A stretch of 64,000 bases of DNA from Candidatus Wallbacteria bacterium (GTDB lineage Bacteria > Muiribacteriota > UBA9980). Below are positions 36,567 to 46,972 of the stretch, piece by piece. A program made the translations under genes and the position numbers. Within the stretch, counting starts at the first letter, position 1, and every line of letters starts with the position of its first letter. The DNA is taken from contig JASDSY010000029.1 in assembly GCA_041441465.1 (NCBI GenBank), forward strand, positions 72,197 to 136,196, written 5' to 3'. The notes below the pieces were generated by a model, which made no database searches, was not told where the DNA came from, and was given only the letters and a program-made list of their open reading frames with translations.

Positions 36567-38921
36567 ATGGCTAAAAAGAAATTTAAAGTATTTATAATTA
36601 TGGCATTGGCTATATTTATAATGCTTTGCTGCACGGCTAAAGGGGCTGATTTTTGCTTTGCCGCAAATGTAGCGCAGATAAGAAATATCGCAGTCCAGGA
36701 ATTTCCCGAAAAAGACCAGGTGATAATCACCGGCGATATGCCGCTTACATTTCATGAAATTAAAGCGCCGACTAAAATAATAATCGATATACCGAACGCG
36801 CAATATGACCCGAAAGCTAAGGCACAGCTTGTATTAAATAAAACGGTTAAATTATACAGAGGCACTAACCTTGATGGCATGCCCGTAAAAACTGCCAGAA
36901 TTATAGTGGTTCTCAATGAGTCTTTTCCTACTACTATTAATAAAGTGAATAACCAGGTAATCCTTGAAATTGATAAAGCCGCCATCAATGAACGTATCGA
37001 AGCCAAAGCGAATGACGAGACAAAAACGCAGTCAAAAAAAGGTACGAATACTCTTGTCGAATATCATTATAACCAGGGAAAAACATTGGCGCGTCTGGGA
37101 AAATGGAATGAAGCCGTTGACGAATATTTAAAGGCGCTTAAAATCGACCCGGCAAGTGAAAAAATAAAACTTGCACTCGATGTGGCTAAAAATAATCTTA
37201 AATCGGAAAAAGAAATTGACAAAGCCGTCAGGTTTTATCAAAACGGTGAATATAACGAAGCGGTAAGAGCTTTTCTGGCCATAACAAATATGTGGCCGCA
37301 AGATATTTCAGCGCATTTCTACCTTGGCAAAAGTTATTTGAAATTGAATAAATACAGAGAAACTGTTCTTGAATTTGAAAAAGTAATGGAAATAAATCCT
37401 GATTATGAGAACGTTAAGGAATTATATGAATTTGCCAAACGCCGCAAACAGTCTACAAACTTTACGGTGGAATTAAACGACCAGGACATACTTGACGTAT
37501 TAAGGACAATTCTTCACGGCACAGGTTATAATTTAATGGCCGAAGACGGCGTCAAGAAGAAAATATCGATTTCGCTGGTAGATAAGACCCTCGATGAGGC
37601 GTTGAATGAAATAATAATCAAAAACGGCTTCAAATATGAAAAATTTGATAACACTATAAAGATTATGCCAAATTTGCCCGCGGCCGAGGACAGAGTATTC
37701 GCGCAGAGCAACCTTGTCGATATCGAAATCGGCCATATGTTCGAAGTTTTAGCCAAAGAAATGGGCCGTAACTTAATTATAGACCCGTCAGTTGACCGCT
37801 CGAAAAAGACAACATTTTACATTAAAGACGAGCTTACGTTGAAGGAAATATTTTCACTGCTTTTGAAGCTTAATGACCTCGTAGCTGTTCCTTATTATGA
37901 TAATACTTATATAGTTATGACTCAGGATGAAGCCCGTAAAAACAATAAGTACAGTAAAAAAGAATATAAACTGCTCGAAGTTGTCAATATAAAACCGTCT
38001 GATCTTAAGAATAAAATATTTGAAATGAAGCTGATAAGCGATGCTATAAGCAAAGACAATATTACGGTTAATGATGACAAAGGCACTATTACGATATTTG
38101 ACACTCCTGATAATATAAAGCTGTTTGAGTCAGTCGTAAGACAAAATGACCGAAAAGACAAGCAGGTGACAATTGCTGTAAAAATACTCGAAGTTACCAA
38201 ATCTGCCAAAAAAGCGCTCGGCCTTAACTTGAATCTTTTAAATGAAGCCGGCGAGGTTGAAAGCTCTTTTCCAGGTTCGTTAAGTGTGCGGGTCAAGAAC
38301 CTCGGAAAAATATCGTTGACTAAACTGGATGCGACGCTTGAAATGCTTGAAAGCGACGACAGCGTAAAAACGCTCGCGTCGCCGATTACGCGTGTTATAG
38401 ACAAGCAGAGCGCCACGATTCACAGCGGTAAAACAATACCTATTAAGGATGTTAAGCAGAATCCGCAATATGAAGGCGGCAAAATAATAGGTTATACCTC
38501 TGAAGAAACATGGACCAGCGCTCAGATTGGTATAACTCTGGACGTTAAGCCTACTATACATAATGACGGCGAAGTTACGCTCGATGTGGATATAAAACAG
38601 GATGACGCCGATCTTACAAACGTTCAGGTAGGCTCGCATTTTGTAACAACCGGTAAAAACACGAAAACTATGCTTCGCCTTAAGGACGGCGAGACAATCG
38701 TTATGGGCGGTCTTATAAATATGTCGGAAGGCGGCTCGGATTCTAAGGTGCCGTTCTTCAGCAAACTTCCTATACTTGGAAAGTTATTCCAGAAATCAAC
38801 AAATAACAAAAGCAGAAACGAACTTATAATATTTTTGACGGCATTCTTAGTTAATAAAGATGATCCGGATGAGAGTTCAAAAAATTATGAAAAAATAACA
38901 TCTGATATGATAAAATATTAA
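36567..38921 (+). CDS. pilQ: PilQ/GspD-type secretin with an N-terminal TPR region
   Basis: The C-terminus KVPFFSKLPILGKLFQKSTNNKSRNELIIFLTAFLV is the canonical secretin tail (VP.L..IP.LG.LF...EL.IF.TP). A signal peptide and TPR-like repeats (YHYNQGKTLARLGKWNEAVDEYLKALKIDP) are present. Confidence 0.8.
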   Translation: MAKKKFKVFIIMALAIFIMLCCTAKGADFCFAANVAQIRNIAVQEFPEKDQVIITGDMPLTFHEIKAPTKIIIDIPNAQYDPKAKAQLVLNKTVKLYRGTNLDGMPVKTARIIVVLNESFPTTINKVNNQVILEIDKAAINERIEAKANDETKTQSKKGTNTLVEYHYNQGKTLARLGKWNEAVDEYLKALKIDPASEKIKLALDVAKNNLKSEKEIDKAVRFYQNGEYNEAVRAFLAITNMWPQDISAHFYLGKSYLKLNKYRETVLEFEKVMEINPDYENVKELYEFAKRRKQSTNFTVELNDQDILDVLRTILHGTGYNLMAEDGVKKKISISLVDKTLDEALNEIIIKNGFKYEKFDNTIKIMPNLPAAEDRVFAQSNLVDIEIGHMFEVLAKEMGRNLIIDPSVDRSKKTTFYIKDELTLKEIFSLLLKLNDLVAVPYYDNTYIVMTQDEARKNNKYSKKEYKLLEVVNIKPSDLKNKIFEMKLISDAISKDNITVNDDKGTITIFDTPDNIKLFESVVRQNDRKDKQVTIAVKILEVTKSAKKALGLNLNLLNEAGEVESSFPGSLSVRVKNLGKISLTKLDATLEMLESDDSVKTLASPITRVIDKQSATIHSGKTIPIKDVKQNPQYEGGKIIGYTSEETWTSAQIGITLDVKPTIHNDGEVTLDVDIKQDDADLTNVQVGSHFVTTGKNTKTMLRLKDGETIVMGGLINMSEGGSDSKVPFFSKLPILGKLFQKSTNNKSRNELIIFLTAFLVNKDDPDESSKNYEKITSDMIKY

Positions 38922-38946
38922 TTAATAATTTTAATGGAAAAAAATA

Positions 38947-38980
38947 AAAAGCGGGTTAATCAAATAGCCCGCTTTTTTAA
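38947..38980 (+). terminator. Terminator after pilQ, immediately abutting the RBS of the next gene
   Basis: aaagcgggttaatcaaatagcccgcttttttaa, then aagaggaa (SD) and the ATG at 38995. Confidence 0.55.
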
Positions 38981-38994
38981 AAGAGGAACTTACC

Positions 38995-41538
38995 ATGGCG
39001 CTTCAAAAACAATCTAAAAATATAACGAATGAAAATGGAATATTTCAAACTCTGTTTGATAATTTTAAATTTTCAGGTATCGAAAAATATTTTTTCATTT
39101 CAGCCGTGTTTTTAACTTTTTTAATTTTCACTACTTTTAATACTACGGCATTTTTAGCGCCTAAGTCATTTTTCATAAGATTCTGCATGATTTTATTTTC
39201 AATGTATTTTGTTTACAAATACGGCGCCTGCTTAAAAAAATGCGATGCGAATTTTCCATTATTTTGCGCCGGACTGGCTTTAGCGGCTTCAACTCTGGTT
39301 TCGCACAATATGCACATAAGCTTATTCAGAATATCAGAATATTTCGCTTATTTTATAATATTTTTGGGTGTAATCAATGTATTCAGGAAAAACGAGATAA
39401 GAAATATTGTATGGTATCTGATAGGCGTTTCGTTAATTGTTATAGTTTATGCGTGGTTTCAGTATTTTAATATCGATTTTGCGTTCTGGGAAAAGCCTAA
39501 CGGCAGGATGGACATGTTTTCGACGATTGGAAATGTCAACTGGTATGGAGCTTTTCTTGCCGGCATAATGCCGCTTTTAATTTTTGGGGCTTTTTATAAT
39601 TCAGAAAACCGCAAGGTTTTTTATTTTTTTTGCGCGGTTCTTTTAATGTCGGGCTCTTCGCTTATTACTACATACTCGAGAGCGGCTTTTATCTCATGCT
39701 TTACAGCGCTTATTATCGGGCTTTTTATTTTATTGATAATCGAAAAAGGTCGTTTTGCGGCCGATGTTTTGAAAAAGGCTGCAATCGGCGGAATTATATT
39801 GGCGGTTATAATCGCTCTATACAGTAATTATAGTTATTTTACCGCCAACCGTTACGAGACCGGATTCTGGGACAGGTTGAAAGCCGGTTTTTCACTGCAG
39901 GAACATAATGTCAGCCAGAGGCTTTTCGTATGGCGAGTGACATATGAAATGTTTAAAACAAGCCCATTGTTTGGTGTAGGGCCGGGCTTATTCAAGGTTG
40001 AATATCTTAACCATCAAAAAAAATATCTTGATAGCCTGAATAATGATCCATATTACGATAATATTGCCGGAAATGCGAAAGAGGCGCATAACGAGTATGT
40101 TCAGCTTGCGGCCGAAACCGGCATTATCGGACTTATATGCTTTCTATATTTTTTCGGCTCAGTTATTTATGGCGGGTTAAAACATATATTTTATGGATGT
40201 GAAAACCGTGATGAAAAGTATCTGCTGACTGCGCTTATAACTTCATTACTCGCTTTAATGATTAACGCTCTTGCAGATTTTCCTCTTCATGTACCTTGTA
40301 ACGCAGCCTTTATATTTTTGCTCGCCGGAATGATAGCGGCTATTACCTTAAAAACTTCAGATACATTTGATTTACTGGTTGCTGATAAAAAAAACAAAAA
40401 AAGTGATGAATATGCTGAGAATGTTTTTGAATTTATAAATGAGCCCGGAAAATTTTCGAGCTTTATGTTCGCTTATTATGCCATTTGTATTGTATTTATA
40501 GTATTTTTAATAATAATGCCTTTTTTTGCGGATGTATACACCGTTTATGGCCAGTCCGCTCTTAAAGCTTATAATTTTAAGGCCGCGGTACCATACCTCG
40601 AGCAGGCGATAAAACTTAATCCTGCGCAGGGTGATGCCATATATCTCCTCGGGACGGCGCTTACTGCCATCGCGACTTCGGACGGCGCCGGAATAAGCGA
40701 TCCTAAAATGCTTGAACGCGGCCAGCAATTGCTGAAAAATTCAACTAATTACGCGGCTGATAAGGGTATGTATAATAATCTTGGCTTTATAGGATTGCGA
40801 AAATTCAACATGTTAAGTTCGAAAACTGAAAATGCTCTCGAAAAAAATATAACAGCCGGAAATGACGGCGGTTTAAAAAGCGGTTCGGATCTTAAAATAA
40901 ATGAAAAAAAAGCGGCCTTAAAAGAAGCGATTGCGTATTTCGAGAAAGCGATCGGCTGCGAACCCATGTCTTCTGAATCATTGAATAATATCGGAATAGC
41001 TTATATGCATAGTTCATTTATCGATGAGCGCGAGAAAAATATTGAAACCGCGAAAAAATATTTTGAAAAGTCGATAAAATATAATGAAAATTTTATCATC
41101 GCCTACAATAACATGGGTGATTTATATTCGCAAACAAAGGAATATGACAAGGCCCTCGAAAATTATAAAAAAGTGATTGATAGTTCAGTGGAAGTCGTTA
41201 TAAACGAAAATCGCAAGAAGAATATATTTAATTTTAATTACGCTAGCTGCGTAAAAGAAAAAGCTCGTGCCTTTTATCAAATAGGCGAGATAATGATGAT
41301 AACCGGAAAATATCCGCAGGCTTTAAATTTTTACAATGCCGCTTACGATCATCAGAAAATGCCGCAGGTTGTGCTTAAAATCGGCCTTACATATATGAAA
41401 ATGGGCAATATTAGCGAAGGCCGCCGCATACTGGAAGAATTGAAAGCGTCCATGCCCCCAAACAGCGAGATTTATAAAAAAGCTTCGGAATATCAGCAGG
41501 TGAAAAACAGCGATAATAATGGATATTTCGGATATTAA
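38995..41538 (+). CDS. O-antigen ligase-like (Wzy_C) polytopic membrane protein fused to C-terminal TPR repeats
   Basis: ~10 TM helices with Wzy_C-like blocks (YSRAAFIS, AHNEYVQLAAETGIIGL), then more than five TPR repeats. Confidence 0.7.
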   Translation: MALQKQSKNITNENGIFQTLFDNFKFSGIEKYFFISAVFLTFLIFTTFNTTAFLAPKSFFIRFCMILFSMYFVYKYGACLKKCDANFPLFCAGLALAASTLVSHNMHISLFRISEYFAYFIIFLGVINVFRKNEIRNIVWYLIGVSLIVIVYAWFQYFNIDFAFWEKPNGRMDMFSTIGNVNWYGAFLAGIMPLLIFGAFYNSENRKVFYFFCAVLLMSGSSLITTYSRAAFISCFTALIIGLFILLIIEKGRFAADVLKKAAIGGIILAVIIALYSNYSYFTANRYETGFWDRLKAGFSLQEHNVSQRLFVWRVTYEMFKTSPLFGVGPGLFKVEYLNHQKKYLDSLNNDPYYDNIAGNAKEAHNEYVQLAAETGIIGLICFLYFFGSVIYGGLKHIFYGCENRDEKYLLTALITSLLALMINALADFPLHVPCNAAFIFLLAGMIAAITLKTSDTFDLLVADKKNKKSDEYAENVFEFINEPGKFSSFMFAYYAICIVFIVFLIIMPFFADVYTVYGQSALKAYNFKAAVPYLEQAIKLNPAQGDAIYLLGTALTAIATSDGAGISDPKMLERGQQLLKNSTNYAADKGMYNNLGFIGLRKFNMLSSKTENALEKNITAGNDGGLKSGSDLKINEKKAALKEAIAYFEKAIGCEPMSSESLNNIGIAYMHSSFIDEREKNIETAKKYFEKSIKYNENFIIAYNNMGDLYSQTKEYDKALENYKKVIDSSVEVVINENRKKNIFNFNYASCVKEKARAFYQIGEIMMITGKYPQALNFYNAAYDHQKMPQVVLKIGLTYMKMGNISEGRRILEELKASMPPNSEIYKKASEYQQVKNSDNNGYFGY

Positions 41539-41636
41539 AAAAATCAGTTTTTCAGGATATATAAATTTTTATTGATATTTTAAGCGAAAATTATTATAAT
41601 AAGTAAAATTTTTATTGATATTGGAGAAATAAGATT

Positions 41637-42185
41637 ATGTTAAGGGTTATAGCCGGAACAATGCGCGGCAAAAAGCTTTCAGAATTTACAGGCGACGATA
41701 TCAGGCCGATAACTGACCTGGCCAAAGGAGCGTTATTCAGCATTCTATTCGACAGGGTCATCGATGCGGATTTTCTGGATATATATGCAGGAACCGGCTG
41801 CGTCGGTATCGAGGCCATTTCGCGCGGCGCGGCTTCAGCCACTTTTATAGACTCGTCACGTGAATCCATAAAAATAATAAAAAAGAACCTCGAGCTTACT
41901 AAATTTACTGAAAAAGCCACTGTAATAAACGGCCTTGCGCGTAACGCTCTTTTAAGGCTCAATAAAAAATTTCATTTTATATTTTTGGACCCGCCCTTTT
42001 TTGAGGAAATAGATAACGAAGTTTTAAATATTATCGATAAAAATGAAATTTTATTAAAAGGCGGCGAAATCATACTTAAGCATTTTGAAAAGACCGTTCC
42101 TCCAGATTGTTTTGAAAAAATAAAACTGCGTGAGACGAGACGTTATGGCAATTCAAAACTTTCATTTTACGGTTATGAATCTTAA
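41637..42185 (+). CDS. rsmD: 16S rRNA (guanine966-N2)-methyltransferase RsmD
   Basis: MLRVIAGTMRGKKL...DIYAGTGCVGIEAISRGA...FLDPPF is the RsmD signature. Confidence 0.8.
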   Translation: MLRVIAGTMRGKKLSEFTGDDIRPITDLAKGALFSILFDRVIDADFLDIYAGTGCVGIEAISRGAASATFIDSSRESIKIIKKNLELTKFTEKATVINGLARNALLRLNKKFHFIFLDPPFFEEIDNEVLNIIDKNEILLKGGEIILKHFEKTVPPDCFEKIKLRETRRYGNSKLSFYGYES

Positions 42186-42244
42186 AATTAAAAATAATAA
42201 GGTAATGCTGTTTTATTTCGTTTATAACATAGAAAGGTAATATT

Positions 42245-42775
42245 ATGAGGACTGCTATTTATCCCGGGTCATTTGATCCAATCACCTGCGGACATTTAAA
42301 TGTGGCTTTTCGCGCCGCGTCTCTTTTTGATAAGCTGATTTTTACTGTCGCTATAAATTCAAGTAAAAAAAGTCTTTTTACGCTTGATGAGAGAGTCGAG
42401 ATGATTTCAAAATCGGTTGAACACTATGCGCAGGAAAAAAATATGGACAGCTCCAATATTGAGGTTGCACGTTTTGACGGATTACTGGCTAATTTCGCGC
42501 TTAAATATGAAAGACCAGTTATTATAAGAGGCCTCCGGGCTGTTTCGGATTTTGAATACGAATACCAGATGGCTTTGATGAACCGATATCAAAATTATCA
42601 GATGGAAACGGTATTTTTAATAACATCCTTGAGATATTCGTTTTTAAGCTCTTCGATCATTAAGGAAATCGCGAAGCACAACGGCGATTACCGTAAACTG
42701 GTAACACCGTTCGTTTATGATAAGTTATGGAATAAATTTAATCAAATTTCCGAAGAAGCAGGACAACTTGGCTAA
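42245..42775 (+). CDS. coaD: Phosphopantetheine adenylyltransferase
   Basis: MRTAIYPGSFDPITCGHLNV (T/HxGH motif), ~170 aa. Confidence 0.9.
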   Translation: MRTAIYPGSFDPITCGHLNVAFRAASLFDKLIFTVAINSSKKSLFTLDERVEMISKSVEHYAQEKNMDSSNIEVARFDGLLANFALKYERPVIIRGLRAVSDFEYEYQMALMNRYQNYQMETVFLITSLRYSFLSSSIIKEIAKHNGDYRKLVTPFVYDKLWNKFNQISEEAGQLG

Positions 42776-42776
42776 G

Positions 42777-43292
42777 ATGAAAGAAATTGGAAAAGTAATA
42801 GAAGTCGATGAAGAATATGCTTTTGTAGAGCTTAAAAACAATGATTTTTGCTCTAAATGCTGGCGCTGCAGCGAAGAACTGGCGAATATCGATATTCTCG
42901 ACGATGATGATAACGACGACGACTCTAAATTCGAGGAAGAAATCAGGCAAGTACTGCGGGTAAAGAGCGAAAAAGGCATCGAGCTTTACGACCGTGTGGA
43001 AATAGAAGTTTCCGATAATATTTATTATGTAAACCTGTTGATTGAATTTGCGATGCCGCTTACTGATTTTTTGATTGGCTATATTATTGGTTATTATCTT
43101 TCGATTTATTATAAAACCGGCACTGAAGAAAGCGATGCGCTGATTGTCGGAATAATATTTTTTTCAATTTCATTCTGGCTTTCTAGGATTTTTTCTTCTG
43201 ATATAATGATGAATTGGGGAAAATATCCTAAAATTACTAAAATAATTAAAAATACCTATCATGCGAGTTGTACCCGCTGTGATAATCAATAA
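42777..43292 (+). CDS. RseC/MucC-like small membrane protein (putative)
   Basis: N-terminal soluble region with CSKCWRC, an acidic linker and two TM helices. The start was moved to Met 42777, directly after the coaD stop. Confidence 0.4.
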   Translation: MKEIGKVIEVDEEYAFVELKNNDFCSKCWRCSEELANIDILDDDDNDDDSKFEEEIRQVLRVKSEKGIELYDRVEIEVSDNIYYVNLLIEFAMPLTDFLIGYIIGYYLSIYYKTGTEESDALIVGIIFFSISFWLSRIFSSDIMMNWGKYPKITKIIKNTYHASCTRCDNQ

Positions 43293-43404
43293 AAAATATT
43301 TTTCTTTTATTTTAAAAAAAAATGTGGTATATATATTGTATTAAAATAATTATAAGTTTATTTATGTTCTTTGAGGCTTAAACGCCCAAAAAGGGAGGAT
43401 TAAT

Positions 43405-44367
43405 ATGAAATCTGCTATAAAATTTATGTTTTATGCCTTTGTATTCGGCTTTATTTTATCGGTTTTTTCAGTTAATGCATATGCTCAGCAGGCTGCAGCT
43501 GAAGTCAATATTGCTCAATCGGGGACGACAGAGGTTAAAGCCGCAGCCGATACTGCCCCTATCGAAGTGATCAGACTCGGCAGGATTCCTTATCTGGATG
43601 CCAGAAAAATGGTTAAAGATCATGAGAAACTCTGTGAATATCTGAAAAAAGAACTTGGCGTAAAAGACGTAAAACTCGTATTAACTCCGAATTATGACGA
43701 ACTGAACAATTTTTTGAAAGATAAAAAAATTGAAATCGCTTGGCACGGGACGCTCGCATATCCTAAGGCACGCCAGATTGCTGATGTAAAAGCAGTTCTA
43801 ATGCCTATAAGATTTGCAAAAAAATCATACCGCGGCCAGATAGTGGTAAGAGCTGACTCGGGTATTGATAAAATTTCAGATTTAAAGGGGAAATCTTTCG
43901 CATTTACTGATAAAAAAAGCGCATCGGGTTATTTTTTCCCGAAAATTTTAATGATTGAAAACGGCCTTAATCCGGATAAAGATCTTTCAAAAGTAGAGTA
44001 CATTAAAAAACATGACAATATTCTTTATAATATTTTATACAAAAAATTCGATGCCGGCGCCGTTTACGATAACGCGCTTGAGCTTTTAAAGACCGACGCG
44101 GAAAGATCGCAAATTAAAATATTATCTAAAACCGCTGAAATATTGAATGAACCTATAGTTGTCCGCGGCGATTTGCCTAAAGATATGATCGATAAAATAG
44201 TGAACGCGTTTGCTAAGTTGAAAAAAAATGATCCGCAATTAGGCGGAATAATCGAAAATCTTGGCAATGTCGAATCTTTTGAAAAAGTTACTGATAATGA
44301 TTACAGTGAAATAATAAAGTTCTCTGAAAAATATAAATTGCTATTCGAAGAAGAAAGTAAAAAATAA
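43405..44367 (+). CDS. PhnD/SsuA-like periplasmic substrate-binding protein
   Basis: Signal peptide, then LGRIPYLDARKMVKDHEKLCEYLKKELGVKDVKLVLTPNYDELNNFL...IAWHG, typical of phosphonate-type ABC-binding-protein folds. Confidence 0.6.
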   Translation: MKSAIKFMFYAFVFGFILSVFSVNAYAQQAAAEVNIAQSGTTEVKAAADTAPIEVIRLGRIPYLDARKMVKDHEKLCEYLKKELGVKDVKLVLTPNYDELNNFLKDKKIEIAWHGTLAYPKARQIADVKAVLMPIRFAKKSYRGQIVVRADSGIDKISDLKGKSFAFTDKKSASGYFFPKILMIENGLNPDKDLSKVEYIKKHDNILYNILYKKFDAGAVYDNALELLKTDAERSQIKILSKTAEILNEPIVVRGDLPKDMIDKIVNAFAKLKKNDPQLGGIIENLGNVESFEKVTDNDYSEIIKFSEKYKLLFEEESKK

Positions 44368-44388
44368 AAAGAAAGTTGAATTTAACGG

Positions 44389-46167
44389 ATGACACATGAA
44401 ACTATAAAATTCAGTCTTAAATATAAGTTTATTATTTTTGTCACGACACTTATAATTGTCGTGCTTGCTTCCGCTTCATATTTTATTATAAGCCGCGAGC
44501 AGGAAATAATAACTCAAAAAATGGAAAACGCGGGCGTTTTGCTTTTAAGAACACTGTCTAATGTTTCTAAAGGCCCTTTGATTCAAAGTAACTATATCGA
44601 CCTCAAAGGTTATATGGAAGATATAAAAAATGACAAAGAAATTGCCTATGCCTACATATTCGAAGACCTCAATAAAACTTGTGTCGTTCATATAAATAAT
44701 ATTGATGACGCCAATTATGAAGGCGCTTCAGTAGCAAAATTCACTGACGAAGTTTCTATAAAAGCTTTTAACGCCAAAGACCTTATAATCCAGCGCTGGA
44801 AAGATAAAAAACGCGGCGGCGGTTTTATCGATATCTGCGGTCCGATTATAGAGGGTAACTCTGTATATGGCAAAATAAGAATCGGATACTCAACGAAAAA
44901 ACTAGAGGACGAGCTTTACACCACGGCTATTAACGTTCTTATAATAGCTGTAATCGCTATTATATTGGCGTTTTTGGTATCTATAATTCTTGCCGGCCTG
45001 ATATTAAAACCGATCGCTAAACTCGTAGAAGGCGTCGATAAAATTTCAGTCGGCGATTTCGGTCATCAAATTAATGTGAAAACAGGCGACGAACTTGGAC
45101 TTCTCGCAGATGCATTCAACCGAATGTCTTATAATATTTCAGTTCTTTATAATATTTCTAATAAGATGAACTATGTGTCCGACCGTGACGAGCTTTTGAA
45201 TATCATTATGGATAATGCGCTTGACGCGCTTAAGGCTGAAAAGGGTTCAATTATGCTTTTAAATGAGCAAAACGAGCTCGAATTAAATTTAGTGCGCGGC
45301 CACAGTTATGAAAAGAAAAGCCTTGTAAGGCTGAAACTCGGCGAAGGCATTGCCGGAACTGTCGCTAAAACAGGCGATCCGCTTGTTATAAATAAAGGCG
45401 AAGAAGACGACAATTTCAAAAGATATTCCGATTTTATCGGACGCTCGCATATTTCATCGTTATTATGCGTACCGCTAAAAATCGAGGACAGGATTTTAGG
45501 CGTCGTTAATATAGTAAATAAAAAAGATGAACAAATGTTTAATATAAACGACACAAAGCTTATGCTTGTGCTTGGCGCTCAGGCAGCGGCAACCATCAGT
45601 AAAGCTAAAGTATATGAGGAATCCATCACCGACGGTATGACAAAATTGTTCATCCATCGTTATTTCCAGATAAGACTTGACGAAGAGTTGAAACGCTCTG
45701 CGCGTTACGGCACGAAATTATCTTTAATGCTTTTTGACGTCGATCACTTCAAGAAATTTAACGATACTTACGGCCATCAGCAGGGCGATATAGTCTTAAT
45801 CGAGGCAGCCAAGATCGTAAAAGAATCCATACGTTCAAATATTGATATAGGCTGCCGTTACGGCGGAGAAGAATTTACGGTAATTATGCCTGAAACAGAC
45901 GGGGCCGGCGCTAAAGTGCTTGCCGAACGTCTAAGAAAACGTGTTGAGGCTTATGAATTTCCAGGCCAGGAGAAGCCGCTGCATGTTACCATAAGCATCG
46001 GAATTTCAGTTTTTCCTGACGATGCTATTGATAAACCAATGCTGATAAAAAAATCTGATGATGCTTTATATAGAGCTAAAGAAGACGGCAGAAACAATTG
46101 CAAACTTTATTCCGAAGTTAACTGGGAAGGCGGAGTAAGTGAAAACAAAAAAGAAGGAAGCCATTAA
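44389..46167 (+). CDS. Membrane sensor HAMP-GAF-GGDEF diguanylate cyclase
   Basis: Two TM helices flank a periplasmic region. HAMP (PIAKLVEGVDKISVGDF), a GAF segment, and the GGDEF core RYGGEEF with an I-site-like RSAR are present. Confidence 0.85.
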   Translation: MTHETIKFSLKYKFIIFVTTLIIVVLASASYFIISREQEIITQKMENAGVLLLRTLSNVSKGPLIQSNYIDLKGYMEDIKNDKEIAYAYIFEDLNKTCVVHINNIDDANYEGASVAKFTDEVSIKAFNAKDLIIQRWKDKKRGGGFIDICGPIIEGNSVYGKIRIGYSTKKLEDELYTTAINVLIIAVIAIILAFLVSIILAGLILKPIAKLVEGVDKISVGDFGHQINVKTGDELGLLADAFNRMSYNISVLYNISNKMNYVSDRDELLNIIMDNALDALKAEKGSIMLLNEQNELELNLVRGHSYEKKSLVRLKLGEGIAGTVAKTGDPLVINKGEEDDNFKRYSDFIGRSHISSLLCVPLKIEDRILGVVNIVNKKDEQMFNINDTKLMLVLGAQAAATISKAKVYEESITDGMTKLFIHRYFQIRLDEELKRSARYGTKLSLMLFDVDHFKKFNDTYGHQQGDIVLIEAAKIVKESIRSNIDIGCRYGGEEFTVIMPETDGAGAKVLAERLRKRVEAYEFPGQEKPLHVTISIGISVFPDDAIDKPMLIKKSDDALYRAKEDGRNNCKLYSEVNWEGGVSENKKEGSH

Positions 46168-46972
46168 TATATGTGTCGCGGCAGGTAATTCATATACTAA
46201 GGTCGGCATTTATAAGGATGGGGCGCTTGCCGATTTTTTTAAATTCGAATCCAGGCCGTTGTCTGATTTAAACTCTAAAGTTAATTTTTTTACCGAAAAA
46301 ATAAAACGAAATCTGTCTAAAAAATCTGAAAATCTTCCTTTGTTGATGACACATTGCTCTACAATAAAAGAAGCACCGGATTATTATCAAGCGCTTGCCG
46401 AAAAATTAAGCGCTTCATTCTTGCTTATAAATTCTGAGTTAAATATTCCTTTAAAAATTAATTATAACCCTGAAAATACTCTTGGGACAGATAGAATTTG
46501 TGCCGCAGTCAGCGCATATAAAAAATATGCAGCCGAGGCGGACAATATTTTAGTCATCGATTTCGGTACCGCTACTACCTTTAATCTAATAAAAAAAAAT
46601 ACATTTGAAGGCGGACTGATATTGCCGGGATTTGGTCTTTATTCCAATTCCCTGGGCAATTCTTGTGACCGGCTTTTCAGAGTGCATTTTAACAAAATTT
46701 CAGGATTTTTATGCCGCGATACACAATCGGCGCTGGTCGCCGGAATATATGGCGGCTATTCGATTTTAATAAACGGACTTTATGAGAAATTGCTTAACGA
46801 TGCGCAGGTTTCGCCGAAAGATGTATGTACTGTTATCACAGGCGGTTTTTCAAGTTTTTTCACCACCAATGTTGAATTTTCGGTAATTAACGATCAAAAT
46901 CTGGTTTTAGACGGAATGAAAATTTTAAGTGAAATAAATTTTCATTCTGAATTTAAGGTCATGGCCCGTTAA
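46139..46972 (+). CDS. coaX: Type III pantothenate kinase
   Basis: INICVAAGNSYTKVGIY...GTDRICAAVSAY matches CoaX (Bvg accessory factor family, GTDR motif). It overlaps the preceding gene by 29 nt. Confidence 0.8.
   Translation: MKTKKKEAINICVAAGNSYTKVGIYKDGALADFFKFESRPLSDLNSKVNFFTEKIKRNLSKKSENLPLLMTHCSTIKEAPDYYQALAEKLSASFLLINSELNIPLKINYNPENTLGTDRICAAVSAYKKYAAEADNILVIDFGTATTFNLIKKNTFEGGLILPGFGLYSNSLGNSCDRLFRVHFNKISGFLCRDTQSALVAGIYGGYSILINGLYEKLLNDAQVSPKDVCTVITGGFSSFFTTNVEFSVINDQNLVLDGMKILSEINFHSEFKVMAR

Noticed and set aside
42717-42776. ORF-track start at 42717 for the RseC-like gene, and similarly 48159 for the T9SS protein and 54354 for gatA
   Set aside because: These N-terminal extensions overlap the preceding genes in a different frame and lack SD sequences. 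Internal Mets (42777, 48204 with a signal peptide, 54378 with GAGGAG SD) give conventional starts.
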